Assembly (NCBI GenBank): GCA_051294375.1
Contig: CM119263.1
Coordinates: 21,140,268-21,204,267 of the forward strand
Length of the DNA: 64,000 nt
Source: Paraspadella gotoi
Taxonomy: Eukaryota > Animalia > Chaetognatha
Reading direction: 5' to 3'
In this document: positions 22,821 to 35,660 of the stretch, one piece after another
How the letters are laid out: the number at the start of each line of letters is the position of its first letter
How positions within the stretch are numbered: position 1 is the stretch's first letter
Notes under the pieces: generated by a model
The model's database searches: none
What the model saw: the letters and a program-made list of their open reading frames with translations, nothing else
Told to the model about the DNA's origin: nothing
Position numbers and translations under genes: made by a program

Positions 22821-23493
22821 TTAATCTTTTCCTTAGAAAATAAATAAAGGCCAGAAAAAAATTTTGTTTTTTTTTTTTTTTAAATCTGTTTTTAACTCAT
22901 GCTGTAATTGTCATTTTTGAGAATATATTTTTTATTAATGTTTTAAGATAAAACTTACAAGCAGACTTACATAGACAGTTTTCAGCGTGAACCTGAAACA
23001 AACTAAAATCTTTGTTTTGGTTTCTTGTTTTATACCAAACAGACAAATCTGACAAACCTCGCCCAGCACAATAATAACATCAGCATAAAATGGGGTAAAA
23101 CCGAAAAGGAATAGTTTTATTCGCGATTTCGCGATTTAAGTGATTTTTTCTTCATTTTATTGATTTTTCCTGAACAAATTTTTCGTTCGCATACGGATGA
23201 AGAGGATGAAAAGATCTTTCAACTGGTTACTGAAATTCATTTATATGTCTCACGGATGGCCCGCACGAAATGGAGAACAGTCTTTCTGAAAATCTCCTGA
23301 CAACGTATTTAGTTGTTTTTACTTTCCTTTTCGCATAAAATCTGTCTTTTTTATAAAAAATTTTAGATTCTATGATACCGGACTCCATATTCTGCTGATA
23401 ATGTTTTTTTCAGCGGCAACTATACCTTAACAAGAGTTTGCTTTGAAAAAGTTTTTTGAGAGTCTCTCTTCTTTTCTTCCTCTCTCTCTCTTC

Positions 23494-23524
<31 letters not shown>

Positions 23525-23540
23525 TCTCTCTTCTCTCTCT

Positions 23541-23572
<32 letters not shown>

Positions 23573-24211
23573 CTCACTGTCTCTCTCTGATTTTCACCCT
23601 ACTCATCTGCTTTATCCTCCTTATTTCTTACTTACTCTTTCTTACCATAGAAAATGATTTGAATTCGAAAACAATGTTAATAAAATAAAACAATCTCGAT
23701 ATTTGTATTGAATTATTTAATTAAAACCTTTTTATGCAATAGTATTTAGGAATTAATTGTTTGAAAAAAAAATGAAGAAAAAAAAGAAAGAGGAAAAAAA
23801 AAGAAAAAAATTAAGGAAAAAGAAATTAAAAAAAAAAATCTGAAATTTAAAAAAACGGTAAAGAAGATTCCGAAATCTTTTTGTTTACTCGATTGCGAAA
23901 AAATATACCCCGTTTTATGCGTGATGAGAAACTTACGTTTTAAAAACTCCGGATTCAGAATTAAATATTTCATCTTTTAAAAAAAATTATTAAACTTTAT
24001 GGATAAAAGTTCCATTTTGCGTTAATCTTTTTTAATATCTTTTTTTATATCATCCTTATACATTCGTCACGCGAATTTATTTTTTACTTCCAGACGCTGA
24101 CTACCAGTTAAATCCCCGGGTTTTTTTTCTTTCTCTGACTAAACGAACAGACTTTTTCGCCAAGTTACAGATACTCGCATACAAATGACTTTGAAGAATA
24201 TAAAGAGAGAT

Positions 24212-24296
<85 letters not shown>

Positions 24297-25157
24297 AGGA
24301 ACTGCAGGAAACTTTTAATGACTTTTTTTACCCACGCGCGGTCTGTACTCCAACACCAGACGAGAAGTCGGAAACGAGTAATAAAGATATGAACGCTGCC
24401 TGATCCCGCTGAGTCGTGAATGCCTAAGGAGTTTACTTTTCGGTTCCTTGTTTACCATTGCCTTCCTCCTGTAGTATGCCTTTTTTTCGGCCCAACATTT
24501 ATATATTTAGTCACGATTGAAAAAATTTAGTTATTAGAGAGTAAGAAGAATGAATTAGAGAAAAGGGAAGAGAGAAGAGAGAGTGAGAGAGAGAGAGAGC
24601 GTGTGAGTCCTACGATATATGTGGATTTCTCATCCAGGCCCGAACTTCGCGGGTTCTAGACTCATTTAATAACTTTTATTTTAATGCTCTCGATCTACAT
24701 ATATTTACCAGCAAGAAGCCGGAAGCGTCCATCGAGGAGGATCGAGTTTTTATGGCGGGGGAACGACTAAGAATGAATCCCTGAACTCGTAAATATATGT
24801 AGATCGAGAGCATTAAAATAAAAGTTATTAAATGAGTCTAGAACCCGCGAAGTCGGGCCTGGATGAAATCCACATATATCGTAGGACTCACACGCTCTCT
24901 CTCTNNNNNNNNNNCTAATTAACTAAATTTTTTCAATCGTGACTAAATATATAAATGTTGGGCCGAAAAAAAGGCATACTACAATGGAGAGAAGGCATGG
25001 TAAACAAGCCGAAAAAGTAAACTCCTTAGGCATTCACGACTCAGCGGGATCAGGCAGCGTTCATATCTTTATTACTCGTTCCGACTTCTCGTCTGGTGTT
25101 GGAGTACAGACCGCGCGTGGGTAAAAAAAGTCATTAAAAAGTTTCCTGCCAGTTCCT

Positions 25158-25224
<67 letters not shown>

Positions 25225-25844
25225 ATATTCTTCAAAGTCATTTGTATGCGAGTATCTGTAACTTGGCGAAAAAGTCTGTTCGTTTAGTCAGAGAAAGAAA
25301 AAAAAACCCGGGGATTTAACTGGTAGTCAGCGTCTGGAAGTAAAAAAAATAAATTCGCGTGACGAATGTATAAGGATGATATAAAAAAAGATATTAAAAA
25401 AGATTAACGCAAAATGGAACTTTTATCCATAAAGTTTAATATATTTTTTTAAAAGATGAAATATTTAATTCTGAATCCGGAGTTTTAAAACGTAAGTTTC
25501 TCATCACGCATAAAACGGGGTATATTTTTTCGCAATCGAGTAAACAAAAAGATTTCGGAATCTTCTTTACCGTTTTTTTAAATTTCAGATTTTTTTTTTA
25601 ATTTCTTTTTCCTTAATTTTTTTCTTTTTTTTTCTCTTTTCTTTTTTTTCTTCATTTTTTTTTCAAACAATTAATTCCTAAATACTATTGCATAAAAAGG
25701 TTTTTATTAAATAATTCATACAAAATATCGAGATTGGTTTATTTTATTAAACATTGTTTTCGAAATTCAAATCATTTCTATGGTAAGAAAGAGTAAGTAA
25801 GAATAAGGAGGATAAAGCAGATGAGTAGGGTGAAAATCAGAGAG

Positions 25845-25902
<58 letters not shown>

Positions 25903-26604
25903 AGAAGAAGAGAGACTCTCAAAAACTTTTTCAAAGCAAACATCTTGTTAAGGTATAGTTGCCGCTGAAAAAAACATTATCAGCAGAATATTGGAGTCCG
26001 GTATCAATAGAATCTAAAATTTATTATAAAAAGACAGATTTTATCGAAAAGGAAAGTAAAAACAACTAAATACGTTGTCAAGGATTTTCAAGAAGACTGT
26101 TCTCATTTCGTGCGGGCCATACCGTGAGACATATAAATGAATTTCAGTAACCAGTTGAAAGATCTTTTCATCCTCTTCATCCGTATGCGAACGAAAAATT
26201 TGTTCAGGAAAAATCAATAAAATGAAGAAAAAATCACTTAAATCGCGAAATCGCGAATAAAACTATTCCTTTTCGGTTTTACCCCATTTTATGCCTGATG
26301 TTATTATTGTGCTGGGCGAGGTTTGTCAGATTTGTCTGTTTGGTATAAAACAAGAAACCAAAACAAAGTTTTAGTTTGTTCAGGTTCACGCTGAAAAACT
26401 GTCTATGTAAGTCTGCTTGTAAGTTTTATCTTAAAACATTAATAAAAATAATATTCTCAAAAAATGACAATTACAGCATGAGTTAAAAAAAAACAGATTT
26501 AAAAAAAAACAAAATTTTTTTCTGGCCTTATTTATTTTCTAAGGAAAAGATTAATTAAAAACGAAAATTTTCGTGGAACAACAATAAAGTTTTTTATTCA
26601 ACTT

Positions 26605-26645
26605 TGGACATGTTTTCGGCTCACAACTCAAGCCTTCATCAGCAT
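26605..26645 (-). ncRNA. Mirror copy of the minimal hammerhead in the inverted duplication
   Basis: Reverse complement reads gctgatgaaggcttgagttgtgagccgaaaacatgtcca (two 1 bp insertions relative to the 22731 copy). Confidence 0.6.
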
Positions 26646-26675
26646 CTTAAATCACAAATAATTTATTTCACAAAC

Positions 26676-26742
<67 letters not shown>

Positions 26743-27399
26743 CCAACAAAGAAATTTAGTAAAGGAAAGTGGTCAGATGTGAGGACAGAGTGAAGAATGA
26801 GGACAGGGATGAAAGGAGAGTGACTGTGAAATTGGTGAAAAGGGAGAGAGAAAGGGAGAGAGAGACACAGAGAGAGAGAAATAATAGTATACATAGGCAA
26901 TGTACAACAAAGATAAATAGTATTAATAACTAGACATAACAAAGATTGAAATAAATTAAATTAGGCTGTTTGTGCATTTTTGAAATAGTGGAATATTGAA
27001 ATATGAAAATGAAATGGAAAAGGATAGTTGTGAGGGATAGTTAAGATAAAGAGGTAAGAGAAAAATAAGTAAAAGAAGAGCTCAAAGTGAGCTGGTCCCC
27101 CCCCCCCAGCCGGGCAAATGAGGGATATTACTGATGAATTTCGGTTCATAGGCCTGTCATAGGTTGAGAGAGTATTGTGGTGGAGTTAGTTAGGCTGGAT
27201 CTGGTAATGAACCGGCGGCACCTGGAAAAATGCCCAGTGCCACTCGAATGTCTCTCTGAGGAAAAGATTAAAAAAAATAAAGAAGGAATCGGATAAAAAA
27301 GGAAAAGTAAGGAAAGAAAAAATAAAATAAAAAACAAAGAAAAGTAAGGAGAAAGAAAGAAAAAAAAATAAAGATAAGTAAGAAAAGAAAAAAATCAAA

Positions 27400-28610
27400 T
27401 AAAAATCAAATATAAGTAAGGGAAGAAAAAAAAGAATAAAAAACAAAGATAATTAAGGAAAGAAAAAATAAAATAAAAAACAAAAATAAGTAAGGAAAGA
27501 GAAAGAAAATAAAAACAAAAATAAGTAAGAAGAGAGAAAGAGAATAAAAAACAAAGATAAGTAAGGAAAGAGAAAGAGAATAAAAAACAAAGATAAGTAA
27601 GGAAAGAGAAAGAGAATAAAAACAAAGATAAGGAAGGAAAGAGAAAGAGAATAAAAAACAAAGATAAGGAAGGAAAGAGAAAGAGAATAAAAACCACAGA
27701 TAAGGAAGGAAAAAGAAAGAGAATAAAAAACAAAGATAAGGAAGGAAAGAGAAAAAGAATAAAAAACAAAGATAAGTAAGGAAAGAAAAAGAGAATAAAA
27801 AACAAAGATAAGGAAGGAAAGAGAAAGAGAATAAAAAACAAAGATAAGGAAGGAAAAAGAAAGAGAATAAAAAACTAAGATAAGGAAGGAAACAGAAAGA
27901 GAATAAAAAACAAAGATAAGGAAGGAAAGAGAATAAAAAACAAAGATAAGGAAGGAAAGAGAAAGAGAATAAAAAACAAAGATAAGGAAGGAAAAAGAAA
28001 GAGAATAAAAAACAAAGATAAGGAAGGAAAGAGAAAAAGAATAAAAAACAAAGATAATTAAGGAAAGAGAAAGAGAATAAGAAACAAAGATAAGGAAGGA
28101 AAGAGAAAGAGAATAAAAAACAAAGATAAGGAAAGAAAGAGAGAAAGAATAAAAAACAAAGATAAGTAAGGAAAGAGAAAGAGAANNNNNNNNNNNNNNN
28201 NNNNNNNNNNTAAAAAACAAAGTAAGAAAGGAAGGAAAGAAAAACAGACAAGAGGAGAAAGAAAGAAATAAAACAAAATAAGGAATAGGAAAGAGAAAAG
28301 AGACATAAAACCAAAATAATCAAGGAAAGGATAAAAGAATAAGAATAAGAAGAAAGAGAAAAAAAAAAACAAAGATAAGCCGCAAGGAAAGAAGAAAGCA
28401 TGAATAAAACAAAGATAATGAAGGAAAAGAAAAGAGAATAAAAAACAAAGATAAGAAAGGAAAGAGAAAGGGAGCCTCCGCACTGCGCCGATAAATCTAT
28501 TATTCTGGCCACAAAATTCCAAGTGACTTCCCTCTCGTCAAACTCGATTTTATGACTGCAAACCTCCTCTAGAGAATAAAAAACAAAGATAAGGAAGGAA
28601 AGAGAAAGAG
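27400..28610. repeat. 36 bp purine-rich minisatellite (gataaggaaggaaagagaaagagaataaaaaacaaa)n
   Basis: About 20 or more tandem units; explains the long F/L/S-rich minus-strand ORFs. Confidence 0.9.
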
Positions 28611-28698
28611 CCTCCGACGCGATTAATCATATTCGGGACAAATTCAGTGATTCTCTCTCGTCAAAACTCGATTTTATGATGGAACTCTCTCTCTCTCT

Positions 28699-28943
28699 NN
28701 NNNNNNNNNNNNNNNNNNNNNNNNNNNNNNNNNNNNNNNNNNNNNNNNNNNNNNNNNNNNNNNNNNNNNNNNNNNNNNNNNNNNNNNNNNNNNNNNNNNN
28801 NNNNNNNNNNNNNNNNNNNNNNNNNNNNNNNNNNNNNNNNNNNNNNNNNNNNNNNNNNNNNNNNNNNNNNNNNNNNNNNNNNNNNNNNNNNNNNNNNNNN
28901 NNNNNNNNNNNNNNNNNNNNNNNNNNNNNNNNNNNNNNNNNNN
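28699..28943. other. Assembly gap; further gaps of exactly 25 N at 21937-21961, 28186-28210, 29621-29645, 48525-48549 and of 10 N at 24905-24914
   Basis: N runs. Confidence 0.99.
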
Positions 28944-29027
28944 AATTCAATTATTTTACTATATCCTATTGTCACTTTCCCACACCACACCCCTTGCCCA
29001 CACCCATCCTTCTCCACATCCCCCCAG

Positions 29028-29194
29028 GTCCCCACGGTGGACTCGGAGCGCCGTCATTCCTATGACGCCCAGGCCTGCGCGACGTCGACGACGTCTCTCG
29101 CGGTTCCGACTCAGGCCACGCGATCCACGTCGATCGACGTCTCGTTCCCGACGGAGGACGAGTGCGGTTACAAGGCCATCACCAAGGCGCACAC
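29028..29194 (+). CDS. rdgA: DGK (rdgA-like) exon: VPTVDSERRHSYDAQACATSTTSLAVPTQATRSTSIDVSFPTEDECGYKAITKAH
   Basis: ccccAG acceptor, AC|GTGAGG donor; this open frame is not the one shown in the ORF track. LAVP..RSxSxDxxxPTxxxxxYKA resembles a recalled eye-specific DGK motif. Phase-2 end joins 60853 (AC|A = Thr) in frame. Confidence 0.75.
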
Positions 29195-29521
29195 GTGAGG
29201 GGGGAGGGTGTTGTGGCAGGTGTTGAAAGAGGTGGTAGGAGTGGTAAGGGTAGAAGTTGGAATGGGTGTGATTGGGAATGGGTGTTTGGGGAGTTAAAAA
29301 AGGATGATGGAGGAAGATGTATGCGACCTTTAGACGCGAAAATGAGTTGAAGGATGTTAATTTACACGTGTGCACGAAAAAATAATAAAATAAGTAGATT
29401 TGGTTTGTATCTCGAACTTTGATGATAACTGTGATTAGAAGTATTCACGTGAGATCTGACTTTTATTTCACTGGCCTGATTCAGCGATGCTCGGAATACT
29501 GGCTTTTTTCAAATCCTCGCC

Positions 29522-29570
<49 letters not shown>

Positions 29571-30412
29571 CCCTCGCTCACCTCCAAGTATGACGCCGTC
29601 CAATAAGGCGCAGTTTGAACNNNNNNNNNNNNNNNNNNNNNNNNNCGAGCCTTCTTAGACGTCGCGAAAGCATGATCCTATCTGCAAGGATGTTAATTGT
29701 TACACGTGGGTCACGAAAGAAAGAATAAATAAAATAAGTAGATTCCGGCTTTGTATCTTCGAAACTGTGGTGAATGATAACTTGTGATTTAGAAGTATTC
29801 ACGTGAGATCTGAACTTTTATTTCTTACTGGCGTCTGAATTCAGCGATTATGCTCGATACTGGGCTTTTTCAAATCCTTCGACCCTGCGAAATCGCTCTC
29901 TCTCTCGTCTCTCTCTGTCTCTCTCTCATCTTCTCTCTCTGCCTTTTGCCTCCTGCTGCTCACCTTTCCAAGTAATGACGCCGTCGCATAATTAAACGGC
30001 CGCAGTTTGAATTGGCTATAGGGGACAGTTTCAACTGCGGCCCTCTTTCTGTTCACATGAAACTGTTTTCTTTTCCCTCTGTTTTGGGAACCCTACCACT
30101 ATTTTTTCATGGAGGTTTACTGTTTTGAAGGCCCTTCTGCGCTTATCCACGCGGGGGAAGTCCCCGCCACTGTTTTTGTATGTGGGAGATTGACGTTTGA
30201 ATCCCGTCCCGCGCGTGACCATATCATCAATCAATCGGCAATTCCTTGTTATAAAAATATTAACTTTGATAAACTATAAGTAAACCTTAAATCCTAATTT
30301 AGAAAATAAATAATTTATTTGCAATTTAGATTTCATTCCTAAAGAACCCTCTATTTTAATATTCTTCTCTCTCTCTCGGCTACCTCTTCTCTTTCTTATT
30401 TTTCTTATTTCA

Positions 30413-30448
<36 letters not shown>

Positions 30449-30957
30449 TTCAATCTTATATATTATCTCTCTCTCTTTTTCTCACTCTATTTCTTTTTTT
30501 TTTCCTATTTTTATCTCTCTCTCAACTTTCTCTCTTTGTCTTCTCTTTCTACCCTCTCTCTTCTTTTTTTATTTTCATATATTTTTCTTCTCTCGTCTCT
30601 ACTCGTGTTCTCTGTCTCTCTTTCTCTCTGTCTCTCTCTCTATCTCTCTCTCTCTTTCTCTCTCCTTATATCTCTATCTCTTTCTCACTCTATTTCTTTT
30701 TTTTCTATTTTTTATCTCTCTCTCACTTTCTTTCTCTCTCTTTGTCTACCTCTTTCTTTCTTTCTTTCTCTCTATCTCTCTCTCTGTCTGTCTCTCTTTC
30801 TCATGGAAAAATTCTAAATGTCACTTATGAACAACATACTATCAGTGAACATCAATTTGTAAAAAAAAATAATTTTATGTTCTTCAATTTTTGCAGTAGG
30901 CTATATTTATATATAGTACTATCCTTATAAAACCAAAAAATTTTAAAATAGGCTTTT

Positions 30958-31265
30958 CCATTTAAACCCATTTTCACTCGCACTATTCCATTGAAACTTC
31001 ATATCCAGCTCAATCACACACTTCCCTACTTACTCACAAAATTTTATTCCAATCCATCCATCCAATCACGAGTAATTGGAGTATAATGCTAAAGGGGGAT
31101 GGACAGACGGACGGACAGACGGACGGACAGATGGACGGACGGACGGACACCATTTTTTTTGCATAATTTATCATAATTTGATGTTCTGACATGTTCTAAG
31201 TTAATGACCGACAAGATTGGGGGGTGGACAGACGGACCAACAAAGTGAATTATAGAGTCTAAAAA
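30958..31265 (-). mobile_element. HINE/DINE-like element fragment
   Basis: Homologous to 3600-3930 and 36160-36520, with (GGAC)n and aaagtgaattatagagtc. Confidence 0.65.
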
Positions 31266-32050
31266 GAATGACCCGTCGGGGTCAGGTTCGGGTCAGGTCC
31301 GCGATCTGAGCCGCGGACGGAAGAGATTAATGTATACAAACTTCCCGAGAACTGTATTTTAGTTGTCTTTTGTCTCAGAAAGCAAAAGTACAAATGTTTT
31401 GAGAGGGCGCCTGATGATGAAGGAAATCTGATCAAAGCTCGAACAATAGATTTCTACTTGTCTGGCAACCATTTGAGTTTAAAAAATAACCAATTATAAT
31501 TTTAATTCATAATTATATATTTTAACTATTAATATCATTATGATTATAATTATAATTTTTAGATCCAAATGAATTATAATTTTTTGAATGTTACTTAGCA
31601 TCTTTGTGTTTTGAATTGAGAAAAAGTTTGAATTATAGCAAACAACGATTTATTTTGAGACATTTGTTGTTGTTGTTGTTTTGATTTTAATTCAAGTCTT
31701 CATTAGCACTCTATTCCATCGAAGCTGTATATCCAGCTCAATAACACACTTTTCTACACATACAATATACTATATTGTCTTTCTTTCTTTCTTCTTTAAT
31801 TATCTTTTCTTTCTTTTCTTTTTCTTTTTCTTTTTTTTTCCTATATTTTTTCTTTCTTTCTTTTTTTTCTTACTTTTTCTGACATTAATATTTCTGTAGT
31901 GATTAAAAATATATTAAAAGAAAGCAAAGAAAAATTCAAATCTGTGACCATCATTGTTATCGCTATTGAGATACCTTGAAGCCCAAAAAAACAAAGAACG
32001 TTTGAGAGAGAGAGATAGATAGAGAGAGAGAGAGAAAGAGAGAGAGAGAA

Positions 32051-32084
<34 letters not shown>

Positions 32085-34587
32085 TGGGCCATTTCTCGTC
32101 CCCGTCATGAATTGGGGCGGGGATTTGCCGGGAATTATATCCCCGGCGAAGACCGCCGCAGGGCGTAGTTGCGGTGAACTTATAGTTCTCTTCCCCGAAA
32201 CTGCGCGAAGTTTAACAGTTTAAACTGCGAGGATATGGCCCGCGTAATATCTCCTCACCTCTCTCTCTCCCTCGTTCCATTCTTCCGTGAATGATAAGGG
32301 AGACGTGGCGGCGACGATCGACGTCTGTAATGTCGCCGCCGTTCGCTCGGGCGCTGGAACGACTCAATCGTTCGTGAATGGAGCAGCGACGGGCTGTTGA
32401 AAGGCGCCCGGAGAAGTGAACGGCGAAAAGTGATACTTAAATAGTGAAAATTTCGATTTTAGAACGAATAAACAAAAAGTGAATCGACAATGAAGTCCAT
32501 TTATGAATGTTGATTATGACAAAGATATGCGATTATGAATGATGATGGGTGAGCGTCTGTGAAAAAAATGATGACAAAGGACAAACGAGGTCAACGAACA
32601 ACGACAACGAACGACAAAATTTAAACGACAAACAAAACAACCAAGACTAGAAAAAGCAAAAAAAAAGCCTCGCCTCTCTAAGGAGCGTTTTATGAATAAA
32701 AGATGATGAATAATTAATTTACGATAAACAATAAGAAAACTAAACCATAAAAGGCGAAACTTAAAAAGATAAAAAAACGTTTAAAAAACATCGGCTTCGT
32801 CTCCATGGTTACTGCGTATCGGGCATCGAATCTTTTTTTTTTCGTCGATAATAAAAAAAGAGGCAGAAGAGAGGTGGCGAATTTATCGATTTAAACAAAA
32901 GGTCAAATCTCGACGGAAATTTGATGAATCAATCGAGTTTCTACTGAAAATTTTTAGATTTTTTTTTTCTGGTAGGCGAATTTAAAAAATAAATAGTGTC
33001 AATAGTATTAGTAAAAAAATAAAAAGAAAAATAAAAGTAAAGAAAAAACCAGGGGTTAAAAAATAGGTAAAATGAAATAAATAAAAATGATAATAAAAAG
33101 GATTAAACGATGAAAAGAGTTCGATGGGAACATTCCCGCCGAACTTTACGACAGCCTTATTATCTTTGAATCATCGAGAGATTTGGTTTTTTTTAGATTC
33201 ACTTCGTTCCAATTATTTTCTCTTCTCAATTATTTCTTTTAATATTTTATCTTGAAATCGAAAAAAAAGAACATTTCATTAAAAAAATTCAGTATTTTTT
33301 TCTAAACTACCTAATAATTCTGTCCCCTACTAAGTCAATCGACAATAAGTCAAGATATATTTTGCGGCACCCGATAATCACCCGACCACGCCGGTCCCAC
33401 TCCACCCCCCCTCGATCAGCCTAACCCCAATTAAGCTCTCACTCTCTCCAGCGACGAGAAAACTCATTTCTTTTCGATTCTCGACCCACTTTTCTCTTAT
33501 TGCCTTTTATTCTTCTCTTCTCACTCATCTTTCTCCTTTCTCACTTCTCTTTGCTATTTTCTATCTTATCCTTCTCTTATTTCCCTTCCTCATTTCTTCT
33601 CCTATTTCCTCATTTCTTTATTTTTCTTTCTCTCTCTCATTTCATAGTACTCTCTTTTATCATTTTTATTTTTTATTATTTATTTTATACCAGTTGGTAT
33701 TTCCTCTATTTACTTCCTCTATTTTCTCCAAAAGCTCTTCTTTTCTTTCTCTATATTTCTCTTTACGCGAACCCCTCTCATTTTTTCTTCTTCTCGTCCT
33801 CTCTCTCTCTCTCTCTCTCTCTCTCCTCCTCTCTCTCTCTCGTCTCTCCTTTCTCTCTCTCCTCCTCTCTCTTTTTTTCTCTTTCCATTCCTTTGACAAC
33901 CTTATTTCCCGCTTCTCCCCTCCGTCTCACCTCTGTCCCTTTCCCCCTTCTCCACCCCCCCCTTCGACTCCTGCTCCCCTAGCGCCGTCATTGCCGTCAT
34001 CCAATTCCGCTCCAGCTGTGATGGAGGATGGATTTCCCGTTTCGATCGATCCAATAACCCGAGGAGCCAGAGTCGCCGACCGGATTATCTTATTCCGAGC
34101 GCGATGAGCTTGAGTCTTGAGGAAATGTGATGCCCTTTGGTCATCGTCGTCGTCGTCGTTGTCATTACGTCGTCTTCGTTGTCGTCACTACGGCGTCTTC
34201 GTTGTCGTCATTTCTTTGTCGCTGTTGTATTTATCTCGTATTCGTAGACATCATTTAGTTGTCGTCGTTGTTGTCCTTATTTCGTCGTCGTCATTTCGTC
34301 GTCGTCATTGTTTCGTCGATGTTATTCTCGTCGCCATCATCGTCGCCGGTGATTATTCATGACTCATTAATTCTCTCTTGGGAAAATACGTAAATATTGG
34401 GCGGGGATAAAATCCCAATCAAAGGAGTCCCACGTTTGTCATTGATCTGTCATTGATTGCCGTTACAATGACTGTCACACTGTCACCGCGACCTCTATCT
34501 CTCTCACGTTCGTCCTCAGCTTTTCTTAATGAGGAATCCTTTTTCTTTCTCCTGTTCTCTCTCTTCTCTCTCCTCTCTCTCTATTCT

Positions 34588-34622
<35 letters not shown>

Positions 34623-35660
34623 TCATTTTCTGTTTTTCTGTTTTTCTCATTCCTCTCAGCTTGAGGCCACCTCCCTCTAGATATTTACACGGACATTGTT
34701 TATTTATCGATGTTTGTTTTGTTTTGCGACTTTTGTTTCTCCGTTTCCCTTTTTTGTCTTATTTTCTCTGCGCGAGATTTTCCTTTGTTCTGTTGTTTTA
34801 TTCCGCGCCATCGATCGCCTTTCGTCGTGAGGATTTTCAAAAGAAAATGTTTTCTTTCTCTTTTCAAATTTAAGTAGTATACCCCGTGAGCCAAATCCGA
34901 TGATACGAAAGAAAAATTAATTATACGTAAACTATATGCCAATAAGAAAAATTTATAACACCGATTGAAAGAAAAATCATTGACGTTTTTAAAAAGTTCA
35001 AAACATTGCATAAAAATTCTTTAAAACATTCTCAAAAAACTCGGCACTGCTAGAAAAAATTCTTCTTCAAGGAGCATAAACCAAAAGCTTCTCTAATTTT
35101 TTACCATTACAAAAGTCAAATGCTCATAACAACTTTGGTTTCTGCTTACAAACCTTTCTTGTTCTAAATCACCAAAAGAAAAAAAATCTGATTTTACAGG
35201 TTGGGACCTCAGGATAGCTAAGGAACATCCCCTCTTTTCTAACTGATTTTTCTTGAAAAATTAAAGTAAAAAACTGTTAATTAGCGGATGCTTTGATTCA
35301 CTGATCACTCTATCAAGCATAAACTACCACTTTTTAAAATTTTCTTGCCATAAGCACTCCTCTTTCTTTAGTTTTTAAATATAGAAAAAGCTAATTATAG
35401 GTAGTGAATAGACATCTTCGTCTTGCCAATAATCTTTTGGCACAAAAAAGCAGTCTTGGAAATTGCTTAGTCAGCCAGCTAGAATTTTTTGAATAAAGAC
35501 TGGAGCATCATTCTCTCAGGAACCAAAAGGTTTATGGGAAAAAAAAACCAAGATATGGCGATTTTACCATCTTTGTAAGAAATTAGATTTCAAGTTGTTA
35601 ATGATGATTGATTAAAATAAAATTTATACACAAAAAACGTCAAGTAGCTATTTATCATTT

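Larger units (their letters stand above)
21962..27450. repeat. ~2.7 kb inverted duplication (arms ~21962-24708 and 24789-~27450) with an 80 bp spacer
   Basis: Arms are reverse complements (...ctacatatatttac | gtaaatatatgtag...), differing mostly by 1 bp indels and microsatellite lengths. Confidence 0.9.

Noticed and set aside
27186-28522. Long minus-strand F/L/S/Y-rich ORFs (up to 368 aa)
   Set aside because: Translations of a 36 bp purine minisatellite spanning a gap.
28969-29226. Arg-rich protamine-like ORF
   Set aside because: Alternative frame of the DGK exon; the splice-phase-consistent frame gives VPTVDSERRHSYD.
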